DNA of 64,000 nucleotides from Dudresnaya verticillata (Eukaryota). The DNA is taken from the NCBI GenBank assembly GCA_977862235.1, contig OZ374558.1:2170001-2234000 (forward strand), given 5' to 3'. Positions 28,501 through 43,500 of the stretch are shown piece after piece; position 1 is the stretch's first letter; each line of letters starts with the position of its first letter. Made by a program: the position numbers and the translations under genes. The notes under the pieces were generated by a model. The model had not been told where the DNA came from. It made no database searches and was given only the letters and a program-made list of their open reading frames with translations.

Positions 28501-31500
28501 AATGGTGACGAAGAGCTCAGAACAGTCTTACGAAATCGAACTCATATCTGCTTCAGCGTTTCGTTCGAATCAACGTCTGTGACGCTGCCGGTGTACAGGA
28601 ACTGCCCAAATCCCTCAAGACGCATATCTGCAGTGATTTGCCCACATTTGTCGACGCACTATCGTTGGAGCCGTAGAAACCCGTAGAAACCCGTCGAGAG
28701 CTTTGGAGTTGTGCTTGGTAGCTGCGTTGCAACAGCTGACTTTGACCTCGGTGGTACTCTGCAGCTCAAAACTTGACAACATCTCTCCGGTGCTGTAGAC
28801 AGGCAGATGGTTCATCGAGGGCGTTCCAATCTCGATCTGAAGAGGTTCGGCAGGTCATGAAGGAGTAGAATACGATCATTACGTGGTATTCTAGATCGGC
28901 TCTGAATATGAACTGATTGTGGCCTTGCGGTAGAGCTCGGAAGGCACACGGAGGAAAACAAGATGTTGAAGTTCTGCTTTTGCTGCAGATGAAGAAACGC
29001 ATTGCCGCCGCTTGTTCCAATTGCCGTCGCATGTGCGACTCGTGCCAAATCATGTTCGATACATTTTCGGCTCTTGTGGAACCTTCTTGATCTAGCGCCT
29101 TGGGTCAGACAGGAACTGTTGAAGGGAACCAGAATCCAGAAACAGCTGCAGTTCAAGGCATGGGGCACGTTTATTCGTGACGACATCTCTCCGCGGCCGT
29201 GCACATTTGATATCGTCGGGGAGCAACATAACACATTTCCGAAACCCAGCAGATGTATGATGGAAGATGTGATGTTGTATGTGTAGCAGTATGCTATCCA
29301 TCGATGCAAAAGCAGGAGCTGTCGCTTTTTCTTGTAGCTCTCAAGTATCTAGCTGTGGAACGCGATGCTGACAAGTCCGTTCATGAGGAGCAGGGATATA
29401 CTTTCTTGTGAAGGTTCCATGGTACAGCGAAAGCGAGGGAGAAGAGAAGGCACGGAAACATCTGCAGACACATTGGACTGAACGAGATCAAATGCGTGAG
29501 CCCAATCCGTGACCCACGGGATGCCATCATGTCAACACCCAGTTACAGAAGAAGTCGTTTAAGATGGTTGTGCCTCGCTTGCCGAAGTCACAGTCACTGG
29601 AAGTTCCTTTTCTTTTTGTGGCCTGGAAGCAGCTTAGTAGAGCTCCTCATCACCCCCTATAAAGTTCCCCATTCTTCTCTTTAGAGTTTTAAATTGTTGA
29701 TCTCGATGATGTGCACAACTCGAGAGTGAATAACAGAACCCGGACGGGCGCAGGGCAGGCAAACGAAAATCTATCTTTGACAGAACACCCCTCAATTCCT
29801 TTCATTTCTGGGTCAAATGCCCAACTCGATTAGTACACAAGTTTGTTGCTTCCTGACCGATCCCGAAATCATTCACATCCACATTAACACCGCTTGATGC
29901 AACTGAAGGAGGCCGCCAGAGAACGAAGCGATGCGCTATCTCATCCACGAGCCGGTAGCAGCTGTTTGGTAGAAGCATGTGAAAAGTATTTGGATGCTCG
30001 GTTGAGCATTGGAATCTGTAGCATACGCAGCTAGCCACAGTGAGGAAACTGCGATCTTACTATTTGGATTCGCTGTGTATGACGCCATCCATAGCTGAAA
30101 GCATCTCAAGGAGATAGAGTATTGTTGTGATGAATCCCGGGATCGGAGCGGACAGAGCGGGACCCTTGTGATTTATCAGAGGGATGCGGCGATTGGCAGT
30201 TCTTCTCAAGAGCTCTCTTCGTGGTTCTCCACAATCCTTACCTCCCGTCTATTCTCCAACGGCGTCCGGAATCTTACAACTGCCCGATGCAAGCGAAAGA
30301 GTCTTTCCGTGACTCAGACCCTCTCCGGGAGTTATAACTGCTTGTATACATGCACATTTGGCAAGCAGTCAGCACTGATCACGGCGGCGTGTAAATGGGG
30401 TAAACGTCACTTTACGAAGAAGACCTTTATTAAAGAACAAGAGAGAAGCCGAAAGCGATTTTTGTATATGAGAGAGAGAGAGACCTTTATTAAAGAACAA
30501 GAGAGAGAAGCTCCTTAAGGGGGATTAGGATACAGAGCTGAGCTACCGTAAAGAGGCGGAGGAGCAAGCTTGCGGCAGTTGACACTCACCGCGACGCATT
30601 GGAGAACACTTGTATATGGAGAAAATAAGCGAACGTAGAAACCAAGCTTCCCCGACCTGGCAGCGACCACATAAAAGTGAGCGCTCTGCGCAGTTGTGCA
30701 GGATGTAATGCTAGAGCCGCTGGCTTCGCAGGGACGCAATATGGAGGTGCAAAGCACTTGGGATTGAGAAATATACCGTGAGGCGTGCTGAGGCGTGCTG
30801 AGGCGCGCAGAGATGCGCTGAGCGACGGAGGCGGTTCGGAAGACGACGTGCTTCGAACTTGAGCCAATCAGACGGTGCAGATCTTCCTGTTAAGACACCT
30901 GTCGCACAATATGTCCAACCAAATGTGCCCATTGCGGGACGGCGCATGTGCTCCGCTTGACACCGCTGCCGGCGGAAAATGCACCGCCGCGGGAGAAGAA
31001 GAAACAGACAGAAAAGAACGGCCGAGGCGCCGGCGACAAAAGCAACTTGCGCGCCCTGTGTCGCTGTGAGGAAATGCACCACGTTTGCGTTTATTTCTCA
31101 ACCGCTCCGTGTCCGCTGTGCTGCAGTCGCTCAAACGCGTCACACCTGCCGCCGTCCCACTCTATGCAGCAACACCGAATCCCGATTCCGGCACCCCACG
31201 CCAGTGTGCTGAACCGAGAAAGCCCTCAACACATCCGCGCGCATCCGCTCATCCGATCCTCGCGCATCGGCGCTATGTTCGCCCACCCGCGGCATGCGCT
31301 GCTCACTCGGCCGATCGCCCCTCCAGCACTTGACGCCAATTCAACCACCGAGCGCGCACCGCCCTCTGCAGTTCCCACCTCACTGCTCTTCTTTCCTGCC
31401 CCGCCCAACCCCACTGAGGCCGGGGCTTAAGGCGCAGCAGCGGTGTTTCCCGCCCAGCGCACGATACCCCAACGGATCTACGGGCTCGAACCACACATCT

Positions 31501-34500
31501 TGCGACACCTTCCCATCAGGAAGCCAACGCCTTCTTCAAAATATTCGTCTCGACGCAGAACCAGGATGTATCTTTGCGAACAATGTCCCCGACCGCATTG
31601 ATTCTGCAGCGCGATTGGAATCGGCACCAGATCGTGAGCAGCTGCCTTCCTCTCTCCGTGCCGGATCGATGAAGAAGTCCCTCCCTCTACGCAGGAGGGG
31701 CGCCAGGATCACACTTTGTGGAATGCGCATTTCGGCCATATCGAAACGCATCTTTCCTGGGAGGTGGTCTTCGAGATAGTGGTGATACTGGAGCTTGTCC
31801 TGCGCTAGCTCCGTCTGACCTGCTTCGAGAAACGGCGGGAGAAGTATAGCTGTTAGCGTCCTTTTGTCCGGATTTGGAGCGTCGGTCATGATGAACAAGG
31901 TTTGGTGCATCTCGGCGACCAGGTTGCGCGGATCCAAGAAGTTCGATTTTGTTCGGTCCAATTCTGTCGATAGACGGCTGTGTTTGGTGGGGTGATCTTC
32001 ATCGGTCATCTTGGTTGTTGGGCAGTGGGAGGTGCGTGCCTGTACTTCTATCCCGCGTGCGCAGTAACAGGCGAGCATTAACTTCGTTACCATACGCCTT
32101 GGAGCATAAACCCAAGCACATCATTGACAAGACGCGCTCTCTTCGGTATTATCGTCATCGAAACGCCAGATGGTCACGTCAAGATCCATGATCTCAGACT
32201 TCCTGGACTCTTCGCAGTAGAAAAACAAAAACTGATTCGTCATGTAGGCAAATATCGAGAAGAGTGTTGCACGGTAGAACCACTTATGCTTAACACAATA
32301 AACCCTGACTATGTCTTTCTTGAGAGGCCTTCGTACGCCGCACAACCAGTGTGTCTCGCCACTTTGCGACATGCGGCGCCGAGCCGGTCAACGAGGGAAG
32401 GAATGCACCAGTCGTGGAGGCGGCCCCTGTCGCTCCTTCCTGTAGTCCAAGGTGGCACTCTGTACGGGCGGGCCGCAGACCGTTGGGTACACATCACGGG
32501 TAAAAGCGAGTACCATGAGTTCTGTTCGGTTAACGCTGCTTGCTAGATCGGATGGTAGATATCTCGGGAGGTGGTCTTCGACAGGGAGGTGATAGCGGAG
32601 GGTGTCCTGCAGGAGCTCTGTTCAGGCGGCTTCGAGAAAAGGCGGGAGAAGTATTGCACGTCCGGGTTTGCAGTTGCCGGTCATGATGAATAAGGTTTTG
32701 GTGCATCTCAGCGACCAGGATGCACGGATCCAAGAGGTTTGATACTGTTGGGTTCAAGGCTGTCGATAGACGGCTGTGTTTAGTGGGGTGGTTTTGATCG
32801 GTCATCTTGGTTGTTAGGTGGTGGGAGGTGATGATTGGGTTGAAGTGGGAAGGGTATCTAGAGGAACAATTGTTTGTCTCTACTTCTATCCCACGTGCGC
32901 TGTAACATGCGAGCATTACCTTCGTTACCATACGCCTTGGAGCATGAACCCAGGAACATCATTAAAATGACGCGCTCTCTTCGGTATCAGTATCATCGTC
33001 ATCGAAACGCCAGATAGCCACGTCAAGATCCACGATCTCAGACTTCCTGGACTCGTCACAGTACAAAACCAAAAACTGATTCGTCATGTAGGCAAATGTC
33101 GAGAAGAGTATTGCACGGTAGAACCGCTTATGCTTAAGACAATAAATCCTGACCATGTCGTTCGTGAGGGGCCTTTGTTTGGCGGGATCTTCATTTTCTT
33201 CCTTCCTTTCATTCTGGGCATCCATCTTGACCGCCAAGACCGACAGACGATTCTTGAGCTTACTAGAATGCTCAGAACTGGACGTTGTGTTCGGGCAGGA
33301 CTTCTTGATGTTCCCGGAATGCGTTCCCCTCAGACTCAATCCCGGAGAAGTGTCCCTTCTGTCGTTGCGCGAGCAGTAGACCTCATTCTTGTCGTTCATC
33401 GTGAAATGCAGGACTCCTTTTTTATCCGCAGTTATTTTGGTTGGAGTGGTTGTTCAACGGCACAGGGATTTTCAGTGGGAAGGCAAACAGTTGTTGAGAA
33501 AGGGCGCGAAGACGGACGGTCTACGCTTCGAGGCGGAAGGGAGAGCCGCCTTCATTTGGATTTCCAAAGAAGGCCATTTGGCATACCATCAATATGACGT
33601 TGATATTTTTAGTAAAAAAGCCATAAAAGTTCCCTCAAAAATCTCAGGATTGCGTTCGCCGCCCGATGGCATTTCGATCTTTTCGTACGCCGCTTGGGCA
33701 CCGCTCCTATCGCTCGCGCAGCCTTCCCGACGCCCTTCGAAAGCCACTCCCATTCTCCGCTCAAACCTCTCCTTTCGTGCCGCATTCTTCCTCCCGGTGC
33801 CACCCTCTCCACACCGCCGGCTTTCCGCATGGACATCCCGTCCGTCACGCCGCCCTTCTTTCGGCGCATCTCTGTCAATAATCTCATGCCCGCGCTGCAG
33901 GCAGCCTTCAACGTAGTTGGCGCGGCCGATCCTTCCTCAGCCATGCCCATGCCGACGTCGCGGCGTACGTCTGTGGCATTGTGCGCGAGCTCGCGCAGCG
34001 CATTTATCTTGTACAGATACTGTTCTTTGCGGTGGGCATGCCCCAAGGATCACGCAGTTTGCTTTCATTCACTTTTGGGCAAACATCGCTTCGCTCCGTT
34101 GCCACCAAGAGCAGGCAGGCCGCGAACATCCGGGTTACTCTCAGCACTGCGCTAGAAATCCCCCTCTTCCAAGATCTGGCGCATTTGAGAACTGCCCAAG
34201 CAGCTTGAAGCAGATTCATTCCCTAATAGAAGGAGGACCCGAGTGCACGATGGTGAACAGCAATGTTTTGCCTAAGGGCATCAGGACGACATCGGTTTTC
34301 GCGCCGCTGAGGGCACGATGCAGCAAAGTCAGGGGGCAGGCAACTCTCCGGGATATCACCTCGAAAATCCAAGATTTCTCAGTTTGATGGCATCCAGCTG
34401 AGCAAGACTCCGTCATAATCCTTTGCATTCTTTGCGAGTCACTGTTGTATCCGGACCAGCAAAGCAGGGAAAAACACGACGCGCACTCTACATATGGAAA

Positions 34501-37500
34501 TGATGAAGGCCGAAGCGAACAGGATGCGTCCCAGCGAATGCTTAAATGGTGACGAAGAGCTCAGAACAGTCTTACGAAATCGAACTCATATCTGCTTCAG
34601 CGTTTCGTTCGAATCAACGTCTGTGACGCTGCCGGTGTACAGGAACTGCCCAAATCCCTCAAGACGCATATCTGCAGTGATTTGCCCACATTTGTCGACG
34701 CACTATCGTTGGAGCCGTAGAAACCCGTAGAAACCCGTCGAGAGCTTTGGAGTTGTGCTTGGTAGCTGCGTTGCAACAGCTGACTTTGACCTCGGTGGTA
34801 CTCTGCAGCTCAAAACTTGACAACATCTCTCCGGTGCTGTAGACAGGCAGATGGTTCATCGAGGGCGTTCCAATCTCGATCTGAAGAGGTTCGGCAGGTC
34901 ATGAAGGAGTAGAATACGATCATTACGTGGTATTCTAGATCGGCTCTGAATATGAACTGATTGTGGCCTTGCGGTAGAGCTCGGAAGGCACACGGAGGAA
35001 AACAAGATGTTGAAGTTCTGCTTTTGCTGCAGATGAAGAAACGCATTGCCGCCGCTTGTTCCAATTGCCGTCGCATGTGCGACTCGTGCCAAATCATGTT
35101 CGATACATTTTCGGCTCTTGTGGAACCTTCTTGATCTAGCGCCTTGGGTCAGACAGGAACTGTTGAAGGGAACCAGAATCCAGAAACAGCTGCAGTTCAA
35201 GGCATGGGGCACGTTTATTCGTGACGACATCTCTCCGCGGCCGTGCACATTTGATATCGTCGGGGAGCAACATAACACATTTCCGAAACCCAGCAGATGT
35301 ATGATGGAAGATGTGATGTTGTATGTGTAGCAGTATGCTATCCATCGATGCAAAAGCAGGAGCTGTCGCTTTTTCTTGTAGCTCTCAAGTATCTAGCTGT
35401 GGAACGCGATGCTGACAAGTCCGTTCATGAGGAGCAGGGATATACTTTCTTGTGAAGGTTCCATGGTACAGCGAAAGCGAGGGAGAAGAGAAGGCACGGA
35501 AACATCTGCAGACACATTGGACTGAACGAGATCAAATGCGTGAGCCCAATCCGTGACCCACGGGATGCCATCATGTCAACACCCAGTTACAGAAGAAGTC
35601 GTTTAAGATGGTTGTGCCTCGCTTGCCGAAGTCACAGTCACTGGAAGTTCCTTTTCTTTTTGTGGCCTGGAAGCAGCTTAGTAGAGCTCCTCATCACCCC
35701 CTATAAAGTTCCCCATTCTTCTCTTTAGAGTTTTAAATTGTTGATCTCGATGATGTGCACAACTCGAGAGTGAATAACAGAACCCGGACGGGCGCAGGGC
35801 AGGCAAACGAAAATCTATCTTTGACAGAACACCCCTCAATTCCTTTCATTTCTGGGTCAAATGCCCAACTCGATTAGTACACAAGTTTGTTGCTTCCTGA
35901 CCGATCCCGAAATCATTCACATCCACATTAACACCGCTTGATGCAACTGAAGGAGGCCGCCAGAGAACGAAGCGATGCGCTATCTCATCCACGAGCCGGT
36001 AGCAGCTGTTTGGTAGAAGCATGTGAAAAGTATTTGGATGCTCGGTTGAGCATTGGAATCTGTAGCATACGCAGCTAGCCACAGTGAGGAAACTGCGATC
36101 TTACTATTTGGATTCGCTGTGTATGACGCCATCCATAGCTGAAAGCATCTCAAGGAGATAGAGTATTGTTGTGATGAATCCCGGGATCGGAGCGGACAGA
36201 GCGGGACCCTTGTGATTTATCAGAGGGATGCGGCGATTGGCAGTTCTTCTCAAGAGCTCTCTTCGTGGTTCTCCACAATCCTTACCTCCCGTCTATTCTC
36301 CAACGGCGTCCGGAATCTTACAACTGCCCGATGCAAGCGAAAGAGTCTTTCCGTGACTCAGACCCTCTCCGGGAGTTATAACTGCTTGTATACATGCACA
36401 TTTGGCAAGCAGTCAGCACTGATCACGGCGGCGTGTAAATGGGGTAAACGTCACTTTACGAAGAAGACCTTTATTAAAGAACAAGAGAGAAGCCGAAAGC
36501 GATTTTTGTATATGAGAGAGAGAGAGACCTTTATTAAAGAACAAGAGAGAGAAGCTCCTTAAGGGGGATTAGGATACAGAGCTGAGCTACCGTAAAGAGG
36601 CGGAGGAGCAAGCTTGCGGCAGTTGACACTCACCGCGACGCATTGGAGAACACTTGTATATGGAGAAAATAAGCGAACGTAGAAACCAAGCTTCCCCGAC
36701 CTGGCAGCGACCACATAAAAGTGAGCGCTCTGCGCAGTTGTGCAGGATGTAATGCTAGAGCCGCTGGCTTCGCAGGGACGCAATATGGAGGTGCAAAGCA
36801 CTTGGGATTGAGAAATATACCGTGAGGCGTGCTGAGGCGTGCTGAGGCGCGCAGAGATGCGCTGAGCGACGGAGGCGGTTCGGAAGACGACGTGCTTCGA
36901 ACTTGAGCCAATCAGACGGTGCAGATCTTCCTGTTAAGACACCTGTCGCACAATATGTCCAACCAAATGTGCCCATTGCGGGACGGCGCATGTGCTCCGC
37001 TTGACACCGCTGCCGGCGGAAAATGCACCGCCGCGGGAGAAGAAGAAACAGACAGAAAAGAACGGCCGAGGCGCCGGCGACAAAAGCAACTTGCGCGCCC
37101 TGTGTCGCTGTGAGGAAATGCACCACGTTTGCGTTTATTTCTCAACCGCTCCGTGTCCGCTGTGCTGCAGTCGCTCAAACGCGTCACACCTGCCGCCGTC
37201 CCACTCTATGCAGCAACACCGAATCCCGATTCCGGCACCCCACGCCAGTGTGCTGAACCGAGAAAGCCCTCAACACATCCGCGCGCATCCGCTCATCCGA
37301 TCCTCGCGCATCGGCGCTATGTTCGCCCACCCGCGGCATGCGCTGCTCACTCGGCCGATCGCCCCTCCAGCACTTGACGCCAATTCAACCACCGAGCGCG
37401 CACCGCCCTCTGCAGTTCCCACCTCACTGCTCTTCTTTCCTGCCCCGCCCAACCCCACTGAGGCCGGGGCTTAAGGCGCAGCAGCGGTGTTTCCCGCCCA

Positions 37501-40500
37501 GCGCACGATACCCCAACGGATCTACGGGCTCGAACCACACATCTTGCGACACCTTCCCATCAGGAAGCCAACGCCTTCTTCAAAATATTCGTCTCGACGC
37601 AGAACCAGGATGTATCTTTGCGAACAATGTCCCCGACCGCATTGATTCTGCAGCGCGATTGGAATCGGCACCAGATCGTGAGCAGCTGCCTTCCTCTCTC
37701 CGTGCCGGATCGATGAAGAAGTCCCTCCCTCTACGCAGGAGGGGCGCCAGGATCACACTTTGTGGAATGCGCATTTCGGCCATATCGAAACGCATCTTTC
37801 CTGGGAGGTGGTCTTCGAGATAGTGGTGATACTGGAGCTTGTCCTGCGCTAGCTCCGTCTGACCTGCTTCGAGAAACGGCGGGAGAAGTATAGCTGTTAG
37901 CGTCCTTTTGTCCGGATTTGGAGCGTCGGTCATGATGAACAAGGTTTGGTGCATCTCGGCGACCAGGTTGCGCGGATCCAAGAAGTTCGATTTTGTTCGG
38001 TCCAATTCTGTCGATAGACGGCTGTGTTTGGTGGGGTGATCTTCATCGGTCATCTTGGTTGTTGGGCAGTGGGAGGTGCGTGCCTGTACTTCTATCCCGC
38101 GTGCGCAGTAACAGGCGAGCATTAACTTCGTTACCATACGCCTTGGAGCATAAACCCAAGCACATCATTGACAAGACGCGCTCTCTTCGGTATTATCGTC
38201 ATCGAAACGCCAGATGGTCACGTCAAGATCCATGATCTCAGACTTCCTGGACTCTTCGCAGTAGAAAAACAAAAACTGATTCGTCATGTAGGCAAATATC
38301 GAGAAGAGTGTTGCACGGTAGAACCACTTATGCTTAACACAATAAACCCTGACTATGTCTTTCTTGAGAGGCCTTCGTACGCCGCACAACCAGTGTGTCT
38401 CGCCACTTTGCGACATGCGGCGCCGAGCCGGTCAACGAGGGAAGGAATGCACCAGTCGTGGAGGCGGCCCCTGTCGCTCCTTCCTGTAGTCCAAGGTGGC
38501 ACTCTGTACGGGCGGGCCGCAGACCGTTGGGTACACATCACGGGTAAAAGCGAGTACCATGAGTTCTGTTCGGTTAACGCTGCTTGCTAGATCGGATGGT
38601 AGATATCTCGGGAGGTGGTCTTCGACAGGGAGGTGATAGCGGAGGGTGTCCTGCAGGAGCTCTGTTCAGGCGGCTTCGAGAAAAGGCGGGAGAAGTATTG
38701 CACGTCCGGGTTTGCAGTTGCCGGTCATGATGAATAAGGTTTTGGTGCATCTCAGCGACCAGGATGCACGGATCCAAGAGGTTTGATACTGTTGGGTTCA
38801 AGGCTGTCGATAGACGGCTGTGTTTAGTGGGGTGGTTTTGATCGGTCATCTTGGTTGTTAGGTGGTGGGAGGTGATGATTGGGTTGAAGTGGGAAGGGTA
38901 TCTAGAGGAACAATTGTTTGTCTCTACTTCTATCCCACGTGCGCTGTAACATGCGAGCATTACCTTCGTTACCATACGCCTTGGAGCATGAACCCAGGAA
39001 CATCATTAAAATGACGCGCTCTCTTCGGTATCAGTATCATCGTCATCGAAACGCCAGATAGCCACGTCAAGATCCACGATCTCAGACTTCCTGGACTCGT
39101 CACAGTACAAAACCAAAAACTGATTCGTCATGTAGGCAAATGTCGAGAAGAGTATTGCACGGTAGAACCGCTTATGCTTAAGACAATAAATCCTGACCAT
39201 GTCGTTCGTGAGGGGCCTTTGTTTGGCGGGATCTTCATTTTCTTCCTTCCTTTCATTCTGGGCATCCATCTTGACCGCCAAGACCGACAGACGATTCTTG
39301 AGCTTACTAGAATGCTCAGAACTGGACGTTGTGTTCGGGCAGGACTTCTTGATGTTCCCGGAATGCGTTCCCCTCAGACTCAATCCCGGAGAAGTGTCCC
39401 TTCTGTCGTTGCGCGAGCAGTAGACCTCATTCTTGTCGTTCATCGTGAAATGCAGGACTCCTTTTTTATCCGCAGTTATTTTGGTTGGAGTGGTTGTTCA
39501 ACGGCACAGGGATTTTCAGTGGGAAGGCAAACAGTTGTTGAGAAAGGGCGCGAAGACGGACGGTCTACGCTTCGAGGCGGAAGGGAGAGCCGCCTTCATT
39601 TGGATTTCCAAAGAAGGCCATTTGGCATACCATCAATATGACGTTGATATTTTTAGTAAAAAAGCCATAAAAGTTCCCTCAAAAATCTCAGGATTGCGTT
39701 CGCCGCCCGATGGCATTTCGATCTTTTCGTACGCCGCTTGGGCACCGCTCCTATCGCTCGCGCAGCCTTCCCGACGCCCTTCGAAAGCCACTCCCATTCT
39801 CCGCTCAAACCTCTCCTTTCGTGCCGCATTCTTCCTCCCGGTGCCACCCTCTCCACACCGCCGGCTTTCCGCATGGACATCCCGTCCGTCACGCCGCCCT
39901 TCTTTCGGCGCATCTCTGTCAATAATCTCATGCCCGCGCTGCAGGCAGCCTTCAACGTAGTTGGCGCGGCCGATCCTTCCTCAGCCATGCCCATGCCGAC
40001 GTCGCGGCGTACGTCTGTGGCATTGTGCGCGAGCTCGCGCAGCGCATTTATCTTGTACAGATACTGTTCTTTGCGGTGGGCATGCCCCAAGGATCACGCA
40101 GTTTGCTTTCATTCACTTTTGGGCAAACATCGCTTCGCTCCGTTGCCACCAAGAGCAGGCAGGCCGCGAACATCCGGGTTACTCTCAGCACTGCGCTAGA
40201 AATCCCCCTCTTCCAAGATCTGGCGCATTTGAGAACTGCCCAAGCAGCTTGAAGCAGATTCATTCCCTAATAGAAGGAGGACCCGAGTGCACGATGGTGA
40301 ACAGCAATGTTTTGCCTAAGGGCATCAGGACGACATCGGTTTTCGCGCCGCTGAGGGCACGATGCAGCAAAGTCAGGGGGCAGGCAACTCTCCGGGATAT
40401 CACCTCGAAAATCCAAGATTTCTCAGTTTGATGGCATCCAGCTGAGCAAGACTCCGTCATAATCCTTTGCATTCTTTGCGAGTCACTGTTGTATCCGGAC

Positions 40501-43500
40501 CAGCAAAGCAGGGAAAAACACGACGCGCACTCTACATATGGAAATGATGAAGGCCGAAGCGAACAGGATGCGTCCCAGCGAATGCTTAAATGGTGACGAA
40601 GAGCTCAGAACAGTCTTACGAAATCGAACTCATATCTGCTTCAGCGTTTCGTTCGAATCAACGTCTGTGACGCTGCCGGTGTACAGGAACTGCCCAAATC
40701 CCTCAAGACGCATATCTGCAGTGATTTGCCCACATTTGTCGACGCACTATCGTTGGAGCCGTAGAAACCCGTAGAAACCCGTCGAGAGCTTTGGAGTTGT
40801 GCTTGGTAGCTGCGTTGCAACAGCTGACTTTGACCTCGGTGGTACTCTGCAGCTCAAAACTTGACAACATCTCTCCGGTGCTGTAGACAGGCAGATGGTT
40901 CATCGAGGGCGTTCCAATCTCGATCTGAAGAGGTTCGGCAGGTCATGAAGGAGTAGAATACGATCATTACGTGGTATTCTAGATCGGCTCTGAATATGAA
41001 CTGATTGTGGCCTTGCGGTAGAGCTCGGAAGGCACACGGAGGAAAACAAGATGTTGAAGTTCTGCTTTTGCTGCAGATGAAGAAACGCATTGCCGCCGCT
41101 TGTTCCAATTGCCGTCGCATGTGCGACTCGTGCCAAATCATGTTCGATACATTTTCGGCTCTTGTGGAACCTTCTTGATCTAGCGCCTTGGGTCAGACAG
41201 GAACTGTTGAAGGGAACCAGAATCCAGAAACAGCTGCAGTTCAAGGCATGGGGCACGTTTATTCGTGACGACATCTCTCCGCGGCCGTGCACATTTGATA
41301 TCGTCGGGGAGCAACATAACACATTTCCGAAACCCAGCAGATGTATGATGGAAGATGTGATGTTGTATGTGTAGCAGTATGCTATCCATCGATGCAAAAG
41401 CAGGAGCTGTCGCTTTTTCTTGTAGCTCTCAAGTATCTAGCTGTGGAACGCGATGCTGACAAGTCCGTTCATGAGGAGCAGGGATATACTTTCTTGTGAA
41501 GGTTCCATGGTACAGCGAAAGCGAGGGAGAAGAGAAGGCACGGAAACATCTGCAGACACATTGGACTGAACGAGATCAAATGCGTGAGCCCAATCCGTGA
41601 CCCACGGGATGCCATCATGTCAACACCCAGTTACAGAAGAAGTCGTTTAAGATGGTTGTGCCTCGCTTGCCGAAGTCACAGTCACTGGAAGTTCCTTTTC
41701 TTTTTGTGGCCTGGAAGCAGCTTAGTAGAGCTCCTCATCACCCCCTATAAAGTTCCCCATTCTTCTCTTTAGAGTTTTAAATTGTTGATCTCGATGATGT
41801 GCACAACTCGAGAGTGAATAACAGAACCCGGACGGGCGCAGGGCAGGCAAACGAAAATCTATCTTTGACAGAACACCCCTCAATTCCTTTCATTTCTGGG
41901 TCAAATGCCCAACTCGATTAGTACACAAGTTTGTTGCTTCCTGACCGATCCCGAAATCATTCACATCCACATTAACACCGCTTGATGCAACTGAAGGAGG
42001 CCGCCAGAGAACGAAGCGATGCGCTATCTCATCCACGAGCCGGTAGCAGCTGTTTGGTAGAAGCATGTGAAAAGTATTTGGATGCTCGGTTGAGCATTGG
42101 AATCTGTAGCATACGCAGCTAGCCACAGTGAGGAAACTGCGATCTTACTATTTGGATTCGCTGTGTATGACGCCATCCATAGCTGAAAGCATCTCAAGGA
42201 GATAGAGTATTGTTGTGATGAATCCCGGGATCGGAGCGGACAGAGCGGGACCCTTGTGATTTATCAGAGGGATGCGGCGATTGGCAGTTCTTCTCAAGAG
42301 CTCTCTTCGTGGTTCTCCACAATCCTTACCTCCCGTCTATTCTCCAACGGCGTCCGGAATCTTACAACTGCCCGATGCAAGCGAAAGAGTCTTTCCGTGA
42401 CTCAGACCCTCTCCGGGAGTTATAACTGCTTGTATACATGCACATTTGGCAAGCAGTCAGCACTGATCACGGCGGCGTGTAAATGGGGTAAACGTCACTT
42501 TACGAAGAAGACCTTTATTAAAGAACAAGAGAGAAGCCGAAAGCGATTTTTGTATATGAGAGAGAGAGAGACCTTTATTAAAGAACAAGAGAGAGAAGCT
42601 CCTTAAGGGGGATTAGGATACAGAGCTGAGCTACCGTAAAGAGGCGGAGGAGCAAGCTTGCGGCAGTTGACACTCACCGCGACGCATTGGAGAACACTTG
42701 TATATGGAGAAAATAAGCGAACGTAGAAACCAAGCTTCCCCGACCTGGCAGCGACCACATAAAAGTGAGCGCTCTGCGCAGTTGTGCAGGATGTAATGCT
42801 AGAGCCGCTGGCTTCGCAGGGACGCAATATGGAGGTGCAAAGCACTTGGGATTGAGAAATATACCGTGAGGCGTGCTGAGGCGTGCTGAGGCGCGCAGAG
42901 ATGCGCTGAGCGACGGAGGCGGTTCGGAAGACGACGTGCTTCGAACTTGAGCCAATCAGACGGTGCAGATCTTCCTGTTAAGACACCTGTCGCACAATAT
43001 GTCCAACCAAATGTGCCCATTGCGGGACGGCGCATGTGCTCCGCTTGACACCGCTGCCGGCGGAAAATGCACCGCCGCGGGAGAAGAAGAAACAGACAGA
43101 AAAGAACGGCCGAGGCGCCGGCGACAAAAGCAACTTGCGCGCCCTGTGTCGCTGTGAGGAAATGCACCACGTTTGCGTTTATTTCTCAACCGCTCCGTGT
43201 CCGCTGTGCTGCAGTCGCTCAAACGCGTCACACCTGCCGCCGTCCCACTCTATGCAGCAACACCGAATCCCGATTCCGGCACCCCACGCCAGTGTGCTGA
43301 ACCGAGAAAGCCCTCAACACATCCGCGCGCATCCGCTCATCCGATCCTCGCGCATCGGCGCTATGTTCGCCCACCCGCGGCATGCGCTGCTCACTCGGCC
43401 GATCGCCCCTCCAGCACTTGACGCCAATTCAACCACCGAGCGCGCACCGCCCTCTGCAGTTCCCACCTCACTGCTCTTCTTTCCTGCCCCGCCCAACCCC